From: an uncultured Hyphomicrobiales bacterium
GTDB taxonomy: Bacteria > Bacteroidota > Ignavibacteria > Kapaibacteriales > UBA2268
Direction of reading: 5' to 3'
Assembly (NCBI GenBank): GCA_964472015.1
Contig: CAYYIP010000002.1
Coordinates: 48,977-112,976, forward strand
DNA length: 64,000 nucleotides
Within the stretch, counting starts at the first letter, position 1. Each line of letters opens with the position of its first letter. The notes under the pieces are model-generated. The model did no database searches. It saw only the letters and a list, made by a program, of their open reading frames with translations, and was not told where the DNA came from. Of this stretch, positions 29,002-39,900 are shown one piece after another. Made by a program: the position numbers and the translations under genes.

Positions 29002-29556
29002 CTAAAGCTTAATAATTCTATCTTGGTTATTTTTAATAAAATCAGACCAAGATTTTGAATGTCTTGTTATTTTGTTATTTTGTTGTTTGTTAGAATGACA
29101 AACTGCTACTGCCAGAGCATCTGTTGTATCAAAATAGGATATATTATTTTGTTTTGAGATATTAAGTAATTTTTTTATCATAAATTGTACTTGTTCTTTA
29201 GAAGCACCGCCATATCCAGATACTGATTTTTTTATTTCACGTGTAGAATATTCACTTATAGGAATATTATTGTTTATTATTGCAAGAATAGCAACCGCAC
29301 GTGCATGAGAAAGTTTTATTAATGTTTGTGGATTTTGTGAATAAAATACTGATTCTATTGCTGCTTGTTCAGGTTTAGTTCGTTCTAACACACTATTTAT
29401 ACGTACATATATTTCTCCAAGTCGCAAGTTGAAGTTTGAAATTTTTTTTTTCACTTCTATTGTTCCGTATTCTATTAAAGTTAAGTTAGAATTTATACTA
29501 TCTATTACGCCATATCCACAGAAAACTGAACCAGGATCTATACCAATAATTCGCAT
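29002..29556 (-). CDS. ruvC: Holliday junction resolvase RuvC
   Basis: IIGIDPGS, AIESVF, KLSHARAV, KEQVQFMI, DTTDALAVAVCH. Confidence 0.95.
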   Translation of the reverse strand: MRIIGIDPGSVFCGYGVIDSINSNLTLIEYGTIEVKKKISNFNLRLGEIYVRINSVLERTKPEQAAIESVFYSQNPQTLIKLSHARAVAILAIINNNIPISEYSTREIKKSVSGYGGASKEQVQFMIKKLLNISKQNNISYFDTTDALAVAVCHSNKQQNNKITRHSKSWSDFIKNNQDRIIKL

Positions 29557-29561
29557 TTTTA

Positions 29562-30317
29562 TTACTCGTTTTCTAAAGCTTCTGCTATACTATCTGATAT
29601 CTCAAAGTTTGAAAATACATTTTGTACATCATCATGTTCTTCTAATACATCTATAAAACGTAATATTTTACGTGCTTCATCTATTGAATTAATTTCAACA
29701 GTTGTTTTTGGAATATATTCTAATTTGGCTTCAGAAATTTCATATTTTTTATCTTCTAAAAATTTATTTACTATTGCAAATTGGTCCATTACACAAATTA
29801 TACGTGTTTTTTCTTCATCATATTCTAAATCGTCTGAGCCAGATTCTAAGACAACTTCAAAAAGTTCTTCTTCGGAAAGTCCTTTTGTTTCTATTGTAAT
29901 AACACCTTTACGTTCAAAATTCCAAGCAACAGAATTTGTTTCACCTAAGTTACCGCCATTCTTGGAGATTAAAGCACGTATTTCTGAAACAGTACGATTT
30001 TTATTGTCTGTAACAGTTTCTATTATTACAGCTATACCATTAGGAGCATAAGCTTCATATACAAATTCTTCATAATTTACACCTTCTATTTCGCCAGTTC
30101 CTTTTTTTATTGCTCTAATAATATTATCATTAGGCATATTTACAGAACGAGCATTTTGCATTGCTAATCTTAAACGTGGATTACCATCGGGTTCACCACC
30201 ACCTTCACGTGCTGCTATTGTAATTTCTTTTGATATACGTGTAAATACTTTACCTCGCTTTGCATCGGCTCTACCTTTCTTATGTTTAATATTAGCCCAT
30301 TTACTATGTCCTGACAT
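29562..30317 (-). CDS. yebC: YebC/PmpR family protein
   Basis: MSGHSKWANIKHKKG, NPRLRLA, AIKKGTG, YEAYAPNGIA, DNKNRT, HDDVQNVFSN. Confidence 0.96.
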   Translation of the reverse strand: MSGHSKWANIKHKKGRADAKRGKVFTRISKEITIAAREGGGEPDGNPRLRLAMQNARSVNMPNDNIIRAIKKGTGEIEGVNYEEFVYEAYAPNGIAVIIETVTDNKNRTVSEIRALISKNGGNLGETNSVAWNFERKGVITIETKGLSEEELFEVVLESGSDDLEYDEEKTRIICVMDQFAIVNKFLEDKKYEISEAKLEYIPKTTVEINSIDEARKILRFIDVLEEHDDVQNVFSNFEISDSIAEALENE

Positions 30318-30725
30318 TTTTTATATTTCCTATAAATAGTTTATAAAAATACAAAAATACAATTTTTTTTTTGATAAGACAATATATTTTTAAATTTTAT
30401 TAATTATATATTAAAAATATAATTATATTAATTTACATTTATTGATTTAATAATTATTAATTTGTTTTTTTATAAAATAATTTAATTATAGTAATAATTT
30501 ACAACTTTTTATGTAAATTTGCATTTATATATAAAATATAAATATAAAAATTATTATTTTTGTTTATTATTATAATTAAAATTAAAACATTAATTAAAAA
30601 AAGATTTAAAAACTAATTTTTTAAATACAAATAAATAGTAATATTTAATTTTAAATTTCATATTTAAAATATAAGTATTTTAAATAGAACATTATTTATA
30701 GTTGTATACCTAAATAGTTAAATAT

Positions 30726-31817
30726 ATGGAATATACTGACAAAGATTTAATAAAAAAGCAGCAAAATAATCGTGATACATTACAAAATAAAGTAACATCA
30801 TTTTTTAGGCATCTTAACAATGACATTGCAATAGATTTAGGAACGGCCAATACTATTATTTCTAAGGGTGGAAAGATAGTATTAAATGAGCCTTCTGTTG
30901 TTGCATATGATAATAATACAAATAGAATTATTGCTACTGGTAGATTTGCTCAAGGTATGATAGGACGAGTTCATAAAGATATAACTATTTGCAAGCCTAT
31001 GGAAGAGGGCGTTATTGCTAATCCTTATGTTGCCGAAGGTATGTTGCGAACATATATAAATGAAGTTTCTGGAACGTGGGCAAGAAGAATAATTGTTTGT
31101 GTTCCATCTGGAATTACAGAAGCAGGTATGCGTATAATGCGAGATAGTTGTGAGCATGCAGGTGCAAAAGAAGTACATCTTATATCTGAGCCGATGGCTG
31201 GCGCAATAGGTATTGGATTAGAGGTATTAGAACCAACAGGAAACTTAATCGTCGATATTGGTGGTGGTACTACAGAAATTGCAGTTATTGCACTTGGAGG
31301 TACTGTTTGCAAGGAATCTATAAAAACAGCAGGAAATGTAATAACCAAATCTATTTTACAATATTTTAGGAATTATCATAATTTAGATATTGGTGAAGCA
31401 ACATCTGAAGGATTAAAAATTGCAGGTGGTAGTGCTTATAAGATGGATAAAGAATTAGAAGTTATTGTAAAAGGTCGTGATATTGTAACAGGAATTCCAA
31501 AGAGTATAAAGATATCTTCTGTTGATTTACGTGAGAATGCTATTAATCAACCTGTGAAAGTTATTATTGATGCAATTATAAATTTATTGATAAAAATTCC
31601 ACCAGAGTTAGCATCTGATATTTATGATAGAGGAATTTGGTTAACGGGGGGGGGAGCCTTGTTAAAAGGACTTAATAAACGTATACAAGAAGTAACTAAA
31701 TTACCAGTTAGTATTCCAGAAAATCCATTACTTGCTGTTGCCACAGGAACGGGAATAGTTCTTAATAATTTAAAGTTATACAGAAATGTTCTGTTGAAAC
31801 AGACCCCTTATTTGTAA
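30726..31817 (+). CDS. mreB: Rod shape-determining actin MreB
   Basis: IAIDLGTANT, EPSVVA, VDIGGGTTEIAVI, LTGGGALL; followed by mreC and mreD. Confidence 0.95.
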   Translation: MEYTDKDLIKKQQNNRDTLQNKVTSFFRHLNNDIAIDLGTANTIISKGGKIVLNEPSVVAYDNNTNRIIATGRFAQGMIGRVHKDITICKPMEEGVIANPYVAEGMLRTYINEVSGTWARRIIVCVPSGITEAGMRIMRDSCEHAGAKEVHLISEPMAGAIGIGLEVLEPTGNLIVDIGGGTTEIAVIALGGTVCKESIKTAGNVITKSILQYFRNYHNLDIGEATSEGLKIAGGSAYKMDKELEVIVKGRDIVTGIPKSIKISSVDLRENAINQPVKVIIDAIINLLIKIPPELASDIYDRGIWLTGGGALLKGLNKRIQEVTKLPVSIPENPLLAVATGTGIVLNNLKLYRNVLLKQTPYL

Positions 31818-31972
31818 GATAATATTTTATATTATTTTATAAAAATATAAAAAATAATTTTTTAAAGCATAAGTAAATTTTAATAAATTACATAAATAAT
31901 TACATATATATATTAAGTATATATAAATATATAATATAATTATAGAGCAATTATAGAGCAGTTTGAAGTTAT

Positions 31973-32830
31973 ATGCATAAATTTTTAAAGATTTTAAATG
32001 ATTTTAGAAATTATTTTGTTTTTGTTGGATTAGTAATTATTTCTTTTTCTTTAATTTCATTTAGTACTTCAGATGATATAGGTGGGTTTAGAACTTTAGT
32101 TATTACTACGATGGGAATGTTGCAAGAAACTTTTGATATAATACCTAATTATAATGCTTTAATAAGTGAAAACAAATCTCTTACTGAATTGAACTTGCAG
32201 CTGTCTACAGAGGTTATGATGATGCATAAAGCACAACAAGATAATGAGGAATTGCGAGCTATGTTAATGTTAATGCATGTTAAAGATACGCCGTTGGAGC
32301 CTGTTGAAGTTGTTCAAAAAAGTACAGTTCAAATGCGTAATTATGTTATTGTAAATAAAGGATTAAAAAATGGAATAAAAGTAGGAATGGCAGTACGTTC
32401 AGCAGCAGGTTTAGTTGGCAGTATTATTGGAATTAGTGATTATTATTCTATTGTGGAATTATTAAATAATCGTAATGTTAAGATATCTGCTAAATTAATA
32501 GATAGCGATTGTGAAGGTATTATAGTTTGGGAAGGTGAAGATTATTTATTATTAAAAAATATATCTAAATCTATTGATGTTAAAGTTGGCGAAAAAGTAG
32601 TTACTTCGTCTTTTAGTATTAGATATCCACATAATATTCCAGTTGGAGTTGTTAGTAAAGTAATTGATGAACCCGGTGCTCATTTTAGCAAGATAGAAAT
32701 AAAGCCTATTGCAAAGTTTTTTAGTTTTGATTATCTGTTTGTTATTAAATCAGAACCTGACCAAAATATACAAAAATTAATTTATGATATGGAAAATAAA
32801 CTCCAAATGCTTAGTCAAAATAGGAAGTAG
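31973..32830 (+). CDS. mreC: Rod shape-determining protein MreC
   Basis: N-terminal TM, coiled coil, VIVNKG..NGIKVGMAV...GLVG, VGEKVVTS...YPHNIPVGVV. Confidence 0.92.
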   Translation: MHKFLKILNDFRNYFVFVGLVIISFSLISFSTSDDIGGFRTLVITTMGMLQETFDIIPNYNALISENKSLTELNLQLSTEVMMMHKAQQDNEELRAMLMLMHVKDTPLEPVEVVQKSTVQMRNYVIVNKGLKNGIKVGMAVRSAAGLVGSIIGISDYYSIVELLNNRNVKISAKLIDSDCEGIIVWEGEDYLLLKNISKSIDVKVGEKVVTSSFSIRYPHNIPVGVVSKVIDEPGAHFSKIEIKPIAKFFSFDYLFVIKSEPDQNIQKLIYDMENKLQMLSQNRK

Positions 32831-32832
32831 CA

Positions 32833-33372
32833 GTGAAAAAGTTAAATTTTCAATCATATAGACAATTATATAGAGATATTATTAAAAAATATATTATATA
32901 TTTTTTTATTTTATTAGTTATTATATTATTGCATACAACAGTAGTTGATATTATTGCAATTGAAGATATAACACCTGATTTATTTTTAATTTTTGTTGTT
33001 TGGCTTACATTAAAAGAAGGTACTTATTTTGGATTATTTGCAGGTTTTTTTATTGGATTACTATTTGATACTATTTCAGCAGATATAATAGGTACTAATG
33101 CGTTATCAAAAACGGTTGTTGCATTTATAACAGGTTTTTTTTATAAAGAAAGGAATGATTATAAAATTATTCAAAATTATAAATTTATACTTATTGTTTT
33201 ATTTACTACTATTATACATAATTTAATATACTTTTTCTTTTATATAAAAACAAGTGAACAAAATTTTATGTTGTTTTATCTAAAATATGGTATTGCGTCT
33301 GCTTTTTATACAACTTTTTTTGCTGCATTGGTATTCTTATTTCAAATCCCGTCTAATCGTATTAAGATATAA
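32833..33372 (+). CDS. mreD: Rod shape-determining protein MreD
   Basis: Hydrophobic, ITPDLFLI, GFFIGLLFD, GTNALSKT; position after mreC; GTG start. Confidence 0.9.
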   Translation: MKKLNFQSYRQLYRDIIKKYIIYFFILLVIILLHTTVVDIIAIEDITPDLFLIFVVWLTLKEGTYFGLFAGFFIGLLFDTISADIIGTNALSKTVVAFITGFFYKERNDYKIIQNYKFILIVLFTTIIHNLIYFFFYIKTSEQNFMLFYLKYGIASAFYTTFFAALVFLFQIPSNRIKI

Positions 33373-33442
33373 ATTTAATATATATAATTAAAATAAATAA
33401 TTATCATTAATTAATATAAAAAGAAAAATAATATAAAAAAGT

Positions 33443-35668
33443 ATGATAATAAAAGCAATTTTTTTAAGTGCTATAAATAATTTATTTAATTCTATAAAGA
33501 ATAATAACAGTATTTCTAGTGGGAATTATTTGTTTTTACTTTATTTATTTATTGTTTTATTTTTTAAAATAGGTGTTGATATAGTTTTTTATACATTAAA
33601 TCTGTTTGATTCTAATTTATATATTGCTTTGGATTATGTTAATAAAATAATATTTATATTATTTCTTTTTATATTTAATGCAAAAAAAACTAAGGTTATT
33701 TATAATCAAACGCGTTCAAAAGATGATGTGCAACAGAAACAAAAGTTTTTTAATGAATATTTAGAAATATCTTTAATTGTTCTAGTAGTTATTGGATTAA
33801 AATATTTAATATTTTCTAATATTTATGAAGGATATAGTATATATATATATAGAGATTGGCGTTTTGTTGCAATATTAAATTTTTTATTTTTCATATCTGC
33901 TATTGTCAGTATGAGAATGATTTTTTTTATATTTAGATGGTTTATTCTTAGAAAAAATAAGTATACTAATAAAGCGATAGGATTTGGAATTAGTATTGTT
34001 GCATTTACTTATACAGTAGCATTATTTAATATTTACCATAATGAATTTATAGAGTTTATAATTTTATGTTTGTATTTTATACTTATTGTTTTTATTTTTA
34101 TTGCTTCAAAAATTTATAATTGGTTATCTACTATATCTACTTTAAAAAAAATAGGTTTATTATGTGCTTCTTTGATTTCTATTGTTTTTACTATAGGAAA
34201 TTTATTATATATATATGATCAGATAGTATTTGAAAGCTCTGTTAACATAAGGTTAATACATTCTTTTAGTTATTTATCTTTTTTAATATTTTCTTATATT
34301 ATATTTTTAGAGTATTCCTTAATTATTCTATTTACTACAATATTATCTTTACCTACTGCTAAAGTAATTGATAAGAAAACAAATGAATTAATGGCTATAA
34401 GTAATATATATAAAAGTATTATTTCGATAGAGACAGATATAGATTTAACTACTGATATAACTTTATTAAATGATCAAAAGTATTTTGAAAAGATATTAAA
34501 AAATGCTAAGTTGGCTACTGATGCACAAACTATATGGTGTGAGTTTTATTTTATTGAAAAAGAAGTTGATGTAAGATTTTGTGAAGGTGAATTAAGTATA
34601 GCGGAAATACAGAAGTTACATAATAAAACTGATTTTAAACAAGAACTTTTGAAAATAAATGTACCTATTATTATTGAGACATTATTATCTTATGAATCTT
34701 TTTCTTTTTTACAAAAAATAACGACAGATATTGCATCTATGGCTATTATTCCTATTATATATAAAAAACAAAGAATAGGAACGGTTGTTCTTGTAGATAA
34801 AGATGAATATAAATTTGATTCTGAAAGTTTAACTTTAATGCAAACTTTTTTTGATATAATAAATGTTATTTATTTTAATATTATAAATACTATAAATTCT
34901 ATTGAATTAAAAAAGGAACTTGAGTTAGGACAAGAAGTACAAAAAAAGTTATTACCTACATATTTGCCCGAAATACAAGGTTATTCTATACAACCTTATT
35001 ATAAAGCAGCAAAAGAAGTAGGAGGTGATTATTATGATTTTGTAAAATTAGCAGATTCAAGGGATTGTATTATTATTGGTGATGTTTCAGGGAAAGGTAT
35101 TTCTGCTGCGTTTATAATGTCTTATTTAAAAGGAATTGTGATAAGTCTAGCTTCTCAGGCTAATTCACCCAAAGAATTATTAGAATTAATTAATACATAT
35201 ATTAAAAAAAATAGAGTTCTTGATAAAAGTATGTTTATTACAATGACTGCTTTTTGTATTAATGATAAAGACGGAAATATTGTTTTTGCTCGTGCAGGAC
35301 ATGTTCCATTACTAGCAAAAATAAATAATAAATGTAGTTACTATATGCCGAATGGAATTGGCATTTTGAGTTGTGTTGATGATGAACAATTTAATAATAC
35401 ATTGGAAGAGCAGACTTTGAAATTAAATAAGGGAGATATATGTATATTATTTACAGATGGAGTAAATGAAGCTATAAATGAAAGGAATGAAGAATTTAGT
35501 TTTAATAATTTAAAATTATTTGTTCAGAATTATATATTAAAAGGTAAAGAATTAAATAATACTGCTTCTGATGTAACTTTAGAAATAGTAAATCAACTAA
35601 ATAAATTTAAAGGTAATATTGAATCTAATGATGATATTACAATTGTGACAATTGTTTATACGGGTTAG
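33443..35668 (+). CDS. Multi-pass membrane GAF + PP2C phosphatase (second RsbU/SpoIIE-family protein)
   Basis: About 9 N-terminal TM helices, GAF-like region, ELELGQEVQKKLLP, VGGDYYD, IGDVSGKG, FTDGVNEA, DDITIV. Confidence 0.9.
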   Translation: MIIKAIFLSAINNLFNSIKNNNSISSGNYLFLLYLFIVLFFKIGVDIVFYTLNLFDSNLYIALDYVNKIIFILFLFIFNAKKTKVIYNQTRSKDDVQQKQKFFNEYLEISLIVLVVIGLKYLIFSNIYEGYSIYIYRDWRFVAILNFLFFISAIVSMRMIFFIFRWFILRKNKYTNKAIGFGISIVAFTYTVALFNIYHNEFIEFIILCLYFILIVFIFIASKIYNWLSTISTLKKIGLLCASLISIVFTIGNLLYIYDQIVFESSVNIRLIHSFSYLSFLIFSYIIFLEYSLIILFTTILSLPTAKVIDKKTNELMAISNIYKSIISIETDIDLTTDITLLNDQKYFEKILKNAKLATDAQTIWCEFYFIEKEVDVRFCEGELSIAEIQKLHNKTDFKQELLKINVPIIIETLLSYESFSFLQKITTDIASMAIIPIIYKKQRIGTVVLVDKDEYKFDSESLTLMQTFFDIINVIYFNIINTINSIELKKELELGQEVQKKLLPTYLPEIQGYSIQPYYKAAKEVGGDYYDFVKLADSRDCIIIGDVSGKGISAAFIMSYLKGIVISLASQANSPKELLELINTYIKKNRVLDKSMFITMTAFCINDKDGNIVFARAGHVPLLAKINNKCSYYMPNGIGILSCVDDEQFNNTLEEQTLKLNKGDICILFTDGVNEAINERNEEFSFNNLKLFVQNYILKGKELNNTASDVTLEIVNQLNKFKGNIESNDDITIVTIVYTG

Positions 35669-35683
35669 GTTGAAAAATAAGAA

Positions 35684-35716
35684 TATAAAGTATAAAGTAT
35701 AAAGTATAAAGTATAA
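35684..35716. repeat. Heptamer tandem repeat (TATAAAG)x4 plus a partial unit
   Basis: Read directly, 15 bp after the phosphatase stop. Confidence 0.75.
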
Positions 35717-35972
35717 GCATTTATTATAATATTTTATTATTATTTTTTATTTTTGATTTTTTAGAAATAAAATTATAAGTTCATTATATCTTATATTTTA
35801 TTTAAATTATTTAGATTAAAAGATATAAACAGGGGCAAATATTTTTATTATTATTTTTTATATAATTATTATTATTTTTGTATTTACTATAATATGAAAA
35901 TAAAATTATTAATACAAAAGATTATTTATATTTTTATTTTAAATAGCATAAAATGTACGATAAGGTACGAAT

Positions 35973-36944
35973 ATGAAAAAAGAAATGAAAAAAATTTTAG
36001 TAATTGGTGCTTTAGGACAAATAGGTTCAGAATTAACTTTAGCATTAAGAAAAAAATATGGAATTGCAAACGTTATTGCTGCTGATCTAAGACCAGATAA
36101 AACAAACAAACTTGGTGCAGGATGTTTTGAAATTGTTGACGTAATGAATAAAGAGAATTTACGTGAAGTTATAAAAACACACAATATTGATTCTATATTT
36201 CATTTAGCTGCTATTTTGTCTGCAGTGGGTGAAAAAAATCCTGCTTTATGTTGGAATGTAAATATTAATGGGTCTTTTAACGTTCTTGATTTAGGTGTTG
36301 AATTTGGACTTAATCGTGTAATTATACCAAGCTCTATGGCAGTTTGGGGTAAAAATGTAGAGAAAGAAAATGTTAAACAAGATAGTGCTTTACAACCGAC
36401 TTCTGTTTATGGTATTACTAAAGTAACAGGTGAGTTAATTTGTGATTATTATGTTGATAAATTTAATCTTGATTGTAGAGGGTTGAGATATCCGGGGATT
36501 ATTTCTCATGGTACTTTGCCGGGCGGGGGAACTACTGATTATGCAGTTGATATTTTCTATGCTGCGGTAAAAGGTGAAAAATATACTTGTTTCTTATCTG
36601 AAGATACAATGTTACCTATGATGTTTATGGATGATTGTATAAAAGCAACAATAGATTTAGCAGAAGCAGATTTTGATAAATTAAAACATCACGCAGGTTT
36701 TAATGTTGCAGCTATGAGCTTTACGCCACGACAAATTGCAGCAGAAATAAAAAAGATTATTCCTGATTTTGAAATTGAATATAAACCAGACTACCGACAA
36801 GCTATTGCTGATAGTTGGGTGTGGTCAATAGATGATTCGGCAGCAAGAGAAGAATGGGGCTGGGAACCTGCTTATGATATTACGACAATGACGAAAGAGA
36901 TGATAAAAGTCTTGAAAGAAAAACATAAAAAAGGATTGATTTAG
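35973..36944 (+). CDS. L-threonine 3-dehydrogenase (extended SDR / epimerase family)
   Basis: IGALGQIG, FHLAAILSA, PTSVYGITK, GLRYPG, PGGGTTDYAV, RQAIADSW; AAGG 7 nt before the ATG. Confidence 0.88.
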   Translation: MKKEMKKILVIGALGQIGSELTLALRKKYGIANVIAADLRPDKTNKLGAGCFEIVDVMNKENLREVIKTHNIDSIFHLAAILSAVGEKNPALCWNVNINGSFNVLDLGVEFGLNRVIIPSSMAVWGKNVEKENVKQDSALQPTSVYGITKVTGELICDYYVDKFNLDCRGLRYPGIISHGTLPGGGTTDYAVDIFYAAVKGEKYTCFLSEDTMLPMMFMDDCIKATIDLAEADFDKLKHHAGFNVAAMSFTPRQIAAEIKKIIPDFEIEYKPDYRQAIADSWVWSIDDSAAREEWGWEPAYDITTMTKEMIKVLKEKHKKGLI

Positions 36945-36970
36945 TTTTTTATGAAAATAATTAAAAATCT

Positions 36971-39900
36971 TTGATTTTAATGAGAAAAATTATTTTTAAA
37001 TTAATAGTTTATATAGTATGGATAGGATTTTATTCTTTTAATTCTTATGCTGCTCTTACAATGTTAAGTAAAGATATTAGTGAATATCCTATTGTTAAAG
37101 CTAAATTTTTACCAATAGATAATTGGAATAGGATTGTTCCTGAACTTTCTAAAAGTGAATTTTTATTTTTAGATAATGGAATAGAAATGCCTATTAATAG
37201 TTTTACAGGATGCATAATACCATCTCAATCTGCATCTGTTGCTATTAGTTTTGATTTATCTATTGGACATCGAGAAGGTAATAATATTGATTTTGATTAT
37301 TCTAAGCAACTTTTAGAGCAATATTTAAGTTTTATTAATATGGATAGTACAGAAGTTGCTTTGTTATCATTTGATAAAATTAGTATTATAGAATCTGATT
37401 TTACTTCAGAGACAAATGAATTAGCAACAATTGTCAATAATTTTAAACAATCAAGTTATGCTAATATATACAGTGGGTTAACGTCTTTGCAGACTGGAGC
37501 TATTGATTTTTTATTGAATTCAACTAAAAATATAAAATCTATTTTATTAGTTACTCAGAATTTAGTTAGTAAAGATGAAGCAGAATTAATTATAGCAAAA
37601 GCTAAATTGAATAATATTAAGATAAACATATTATATATAAGTGATTATATTCCTTATAACATACAATATATTGCTGATATGACTGGTGGTTATGTTGTTT
37701 CAAAAACTGAAATAGAGAAAAAACGTTTAGCTATGTTAGCTTCTATGGCTAAGATATCAGAAGGCGTGATTCCTTACACTATATCAGGAAAAAGTTTTGA
37801 AAATTGTGATGGTATTCATACTTTTACTATTAAAAACTTAACTTATTTAGCTTGTAGTTTTGATGCTAAAATAAATCGTGAAAATTTACAATATATAGAA
37901 GCTAAACCTGAATGGTTAAGTTTTGCATCTATAAAGCCAGGAACTACATTTGAAAAAACAATAATATTTACGGTTAAAAATTCAAGTGTTAGTATAACTG
38001 ATATAAAATTAACACATCCGGATTTTTCAATAAAATCTATAACTCCTAATATTCCGGTTGTATTAGTTCCAGAAGAAACAATTGAAGTAAAAGTGGAATT
38101 TGCTCCTAAAGATTCAAGTATTGTTTTTTCTCAGCTGATAATAGTTTCTAATGCATGTTACGGCGATACTATCAATATAACGGGTGGGTATCCTAACTCA
38201 CCGCCAAAAACTTCTACGGTTGATATTATAAAACCTATTTGTGATGAAGTACTTGTTATTGGGGATACAATGGAAATAAAGTGGACGGGGCTACTACCAA
38301 AAGATGTTATACAATTAGAATATTCTTTTACGGGGAAAAATAATAAATGGGATACACTTGCAAAAAATGTAACTAATTTACATTATAAGTGGCCTGTTCC
38401 TAATGTAGAAACAGATTCTTTTTGTATTAAAGCTATTCAATTGTGGCCTAATAATGTATATAAAACCTATAATTTACATCACAATACTTATGTAAGAACT
38501 GCTTTTTTTAATAATAGTGGTGAAAAGGTTATTACTACCTCGGCTGATTCTGTTTTTATTTGGAACGCAAGCGGAAATGTATTTGACAAACCGTTATATA
38601 CCTTTGGTGGATTAAATGATTCTGCAACTTGGGCCATCTATGTATTTGATCATATGGCTATGGAAGATAAATATGTTGGTGTTACAGCTGGATCTTATGT
38701 TTATTTATATGATATTAATAATAATTATAATTTATTATGGAGTTATAATTTAGATTCTTCTGTTAATTCTATTGAACTTAGTAATGATTCTAAGTATGCA
38801 GTTGTTTCTGCTAATAATGGATATGCAACGATTTTTGAGACAAATACAGGGAAAATAGTTTCCAAGTGTAAATTAAGTAGTCAAACTTGTAGATATGCAC
38901 AATTTCATCCTAATAAATATGAAATAATGACTATTTCATCTAATGATGGAATTATTAGATTTTATGATATAAATGGTAAGAAAATAGATAGTATTGATGC
39001 AAAAGAAGGGGCTATTGTTGCTTATTCGAGGCATGCTACATATAATTATAACGGGACTAAAATTGCATTTGCTAATATTTCTAAGAAAAAAATATCTGTA
39101 TATGATAGAAATACAAAACAATTATTATATTCTATAAAACATCCGCCTGTATTTAGTACTGAAACTGAAATTTTATTTTCAAATTTCTTTTTTGATGGTG
39201 TAAATGAATATTTACTTACTTCTGGTAATCAAGATAATGTAATGAGACGTTGGTATGCTAGTAATGGTGTATCTACTGAAAAAGATGATATGTTTGATTT
39301 ACATACAAATCTTATTAATACGGGAACTTTTAGTTTTGATGGGAAACGTGTTTTAAGTGCTTCTAATGATAAAACGGCAATAATATGGAACTTAGATCAG
39401 AGAATATTACAAGCTGATACTACTTGTCTTTTACGTATCGGCAGAGCGAAAGCAGCTATTACTAATGATACAATTTATTTAGGTGAGACTTTTATAAATG
39501 AATTAAATGTTAGAACTTTTAATAATATTATTTCAAATATTTGTGATTTTAAATATAATATACGTTCTATTCGTATAATAGGAAGAGATGCTGTTGATTT
39601 TGGAATTATTGATGAGTTAAATATGCCTTATATGTTTGCAGCAGACTCTAAATTAAAATTAAATTTATTTTTTAAACCAACTGCTATTGGTGAACGTTTT
39701 TCAACATTAGAAATTATTATTCCAGCAGATACTATTTATGTAGTATTAAAAGGGATTGGAATTCCTAATGGACTTAATATAATAACTAATTTAATAGACT
39801 TTAAAGAAGTATTTATTGATGATATAAAAGATTCATTAGTATCTATTGCTGTAAATGTATCTGATAAAGTTATTAATATTAATAATATATATATTGAAGG

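Noticed and set aside
30318-30725. 408-bp extremely AT-rich spacer as a possible replication origin
   Set aside because: No DnaA boxes (TTATCCACA) seen and no dnaA/dnaN/gidA nearby; explained as divergent yebC/mreB promoters
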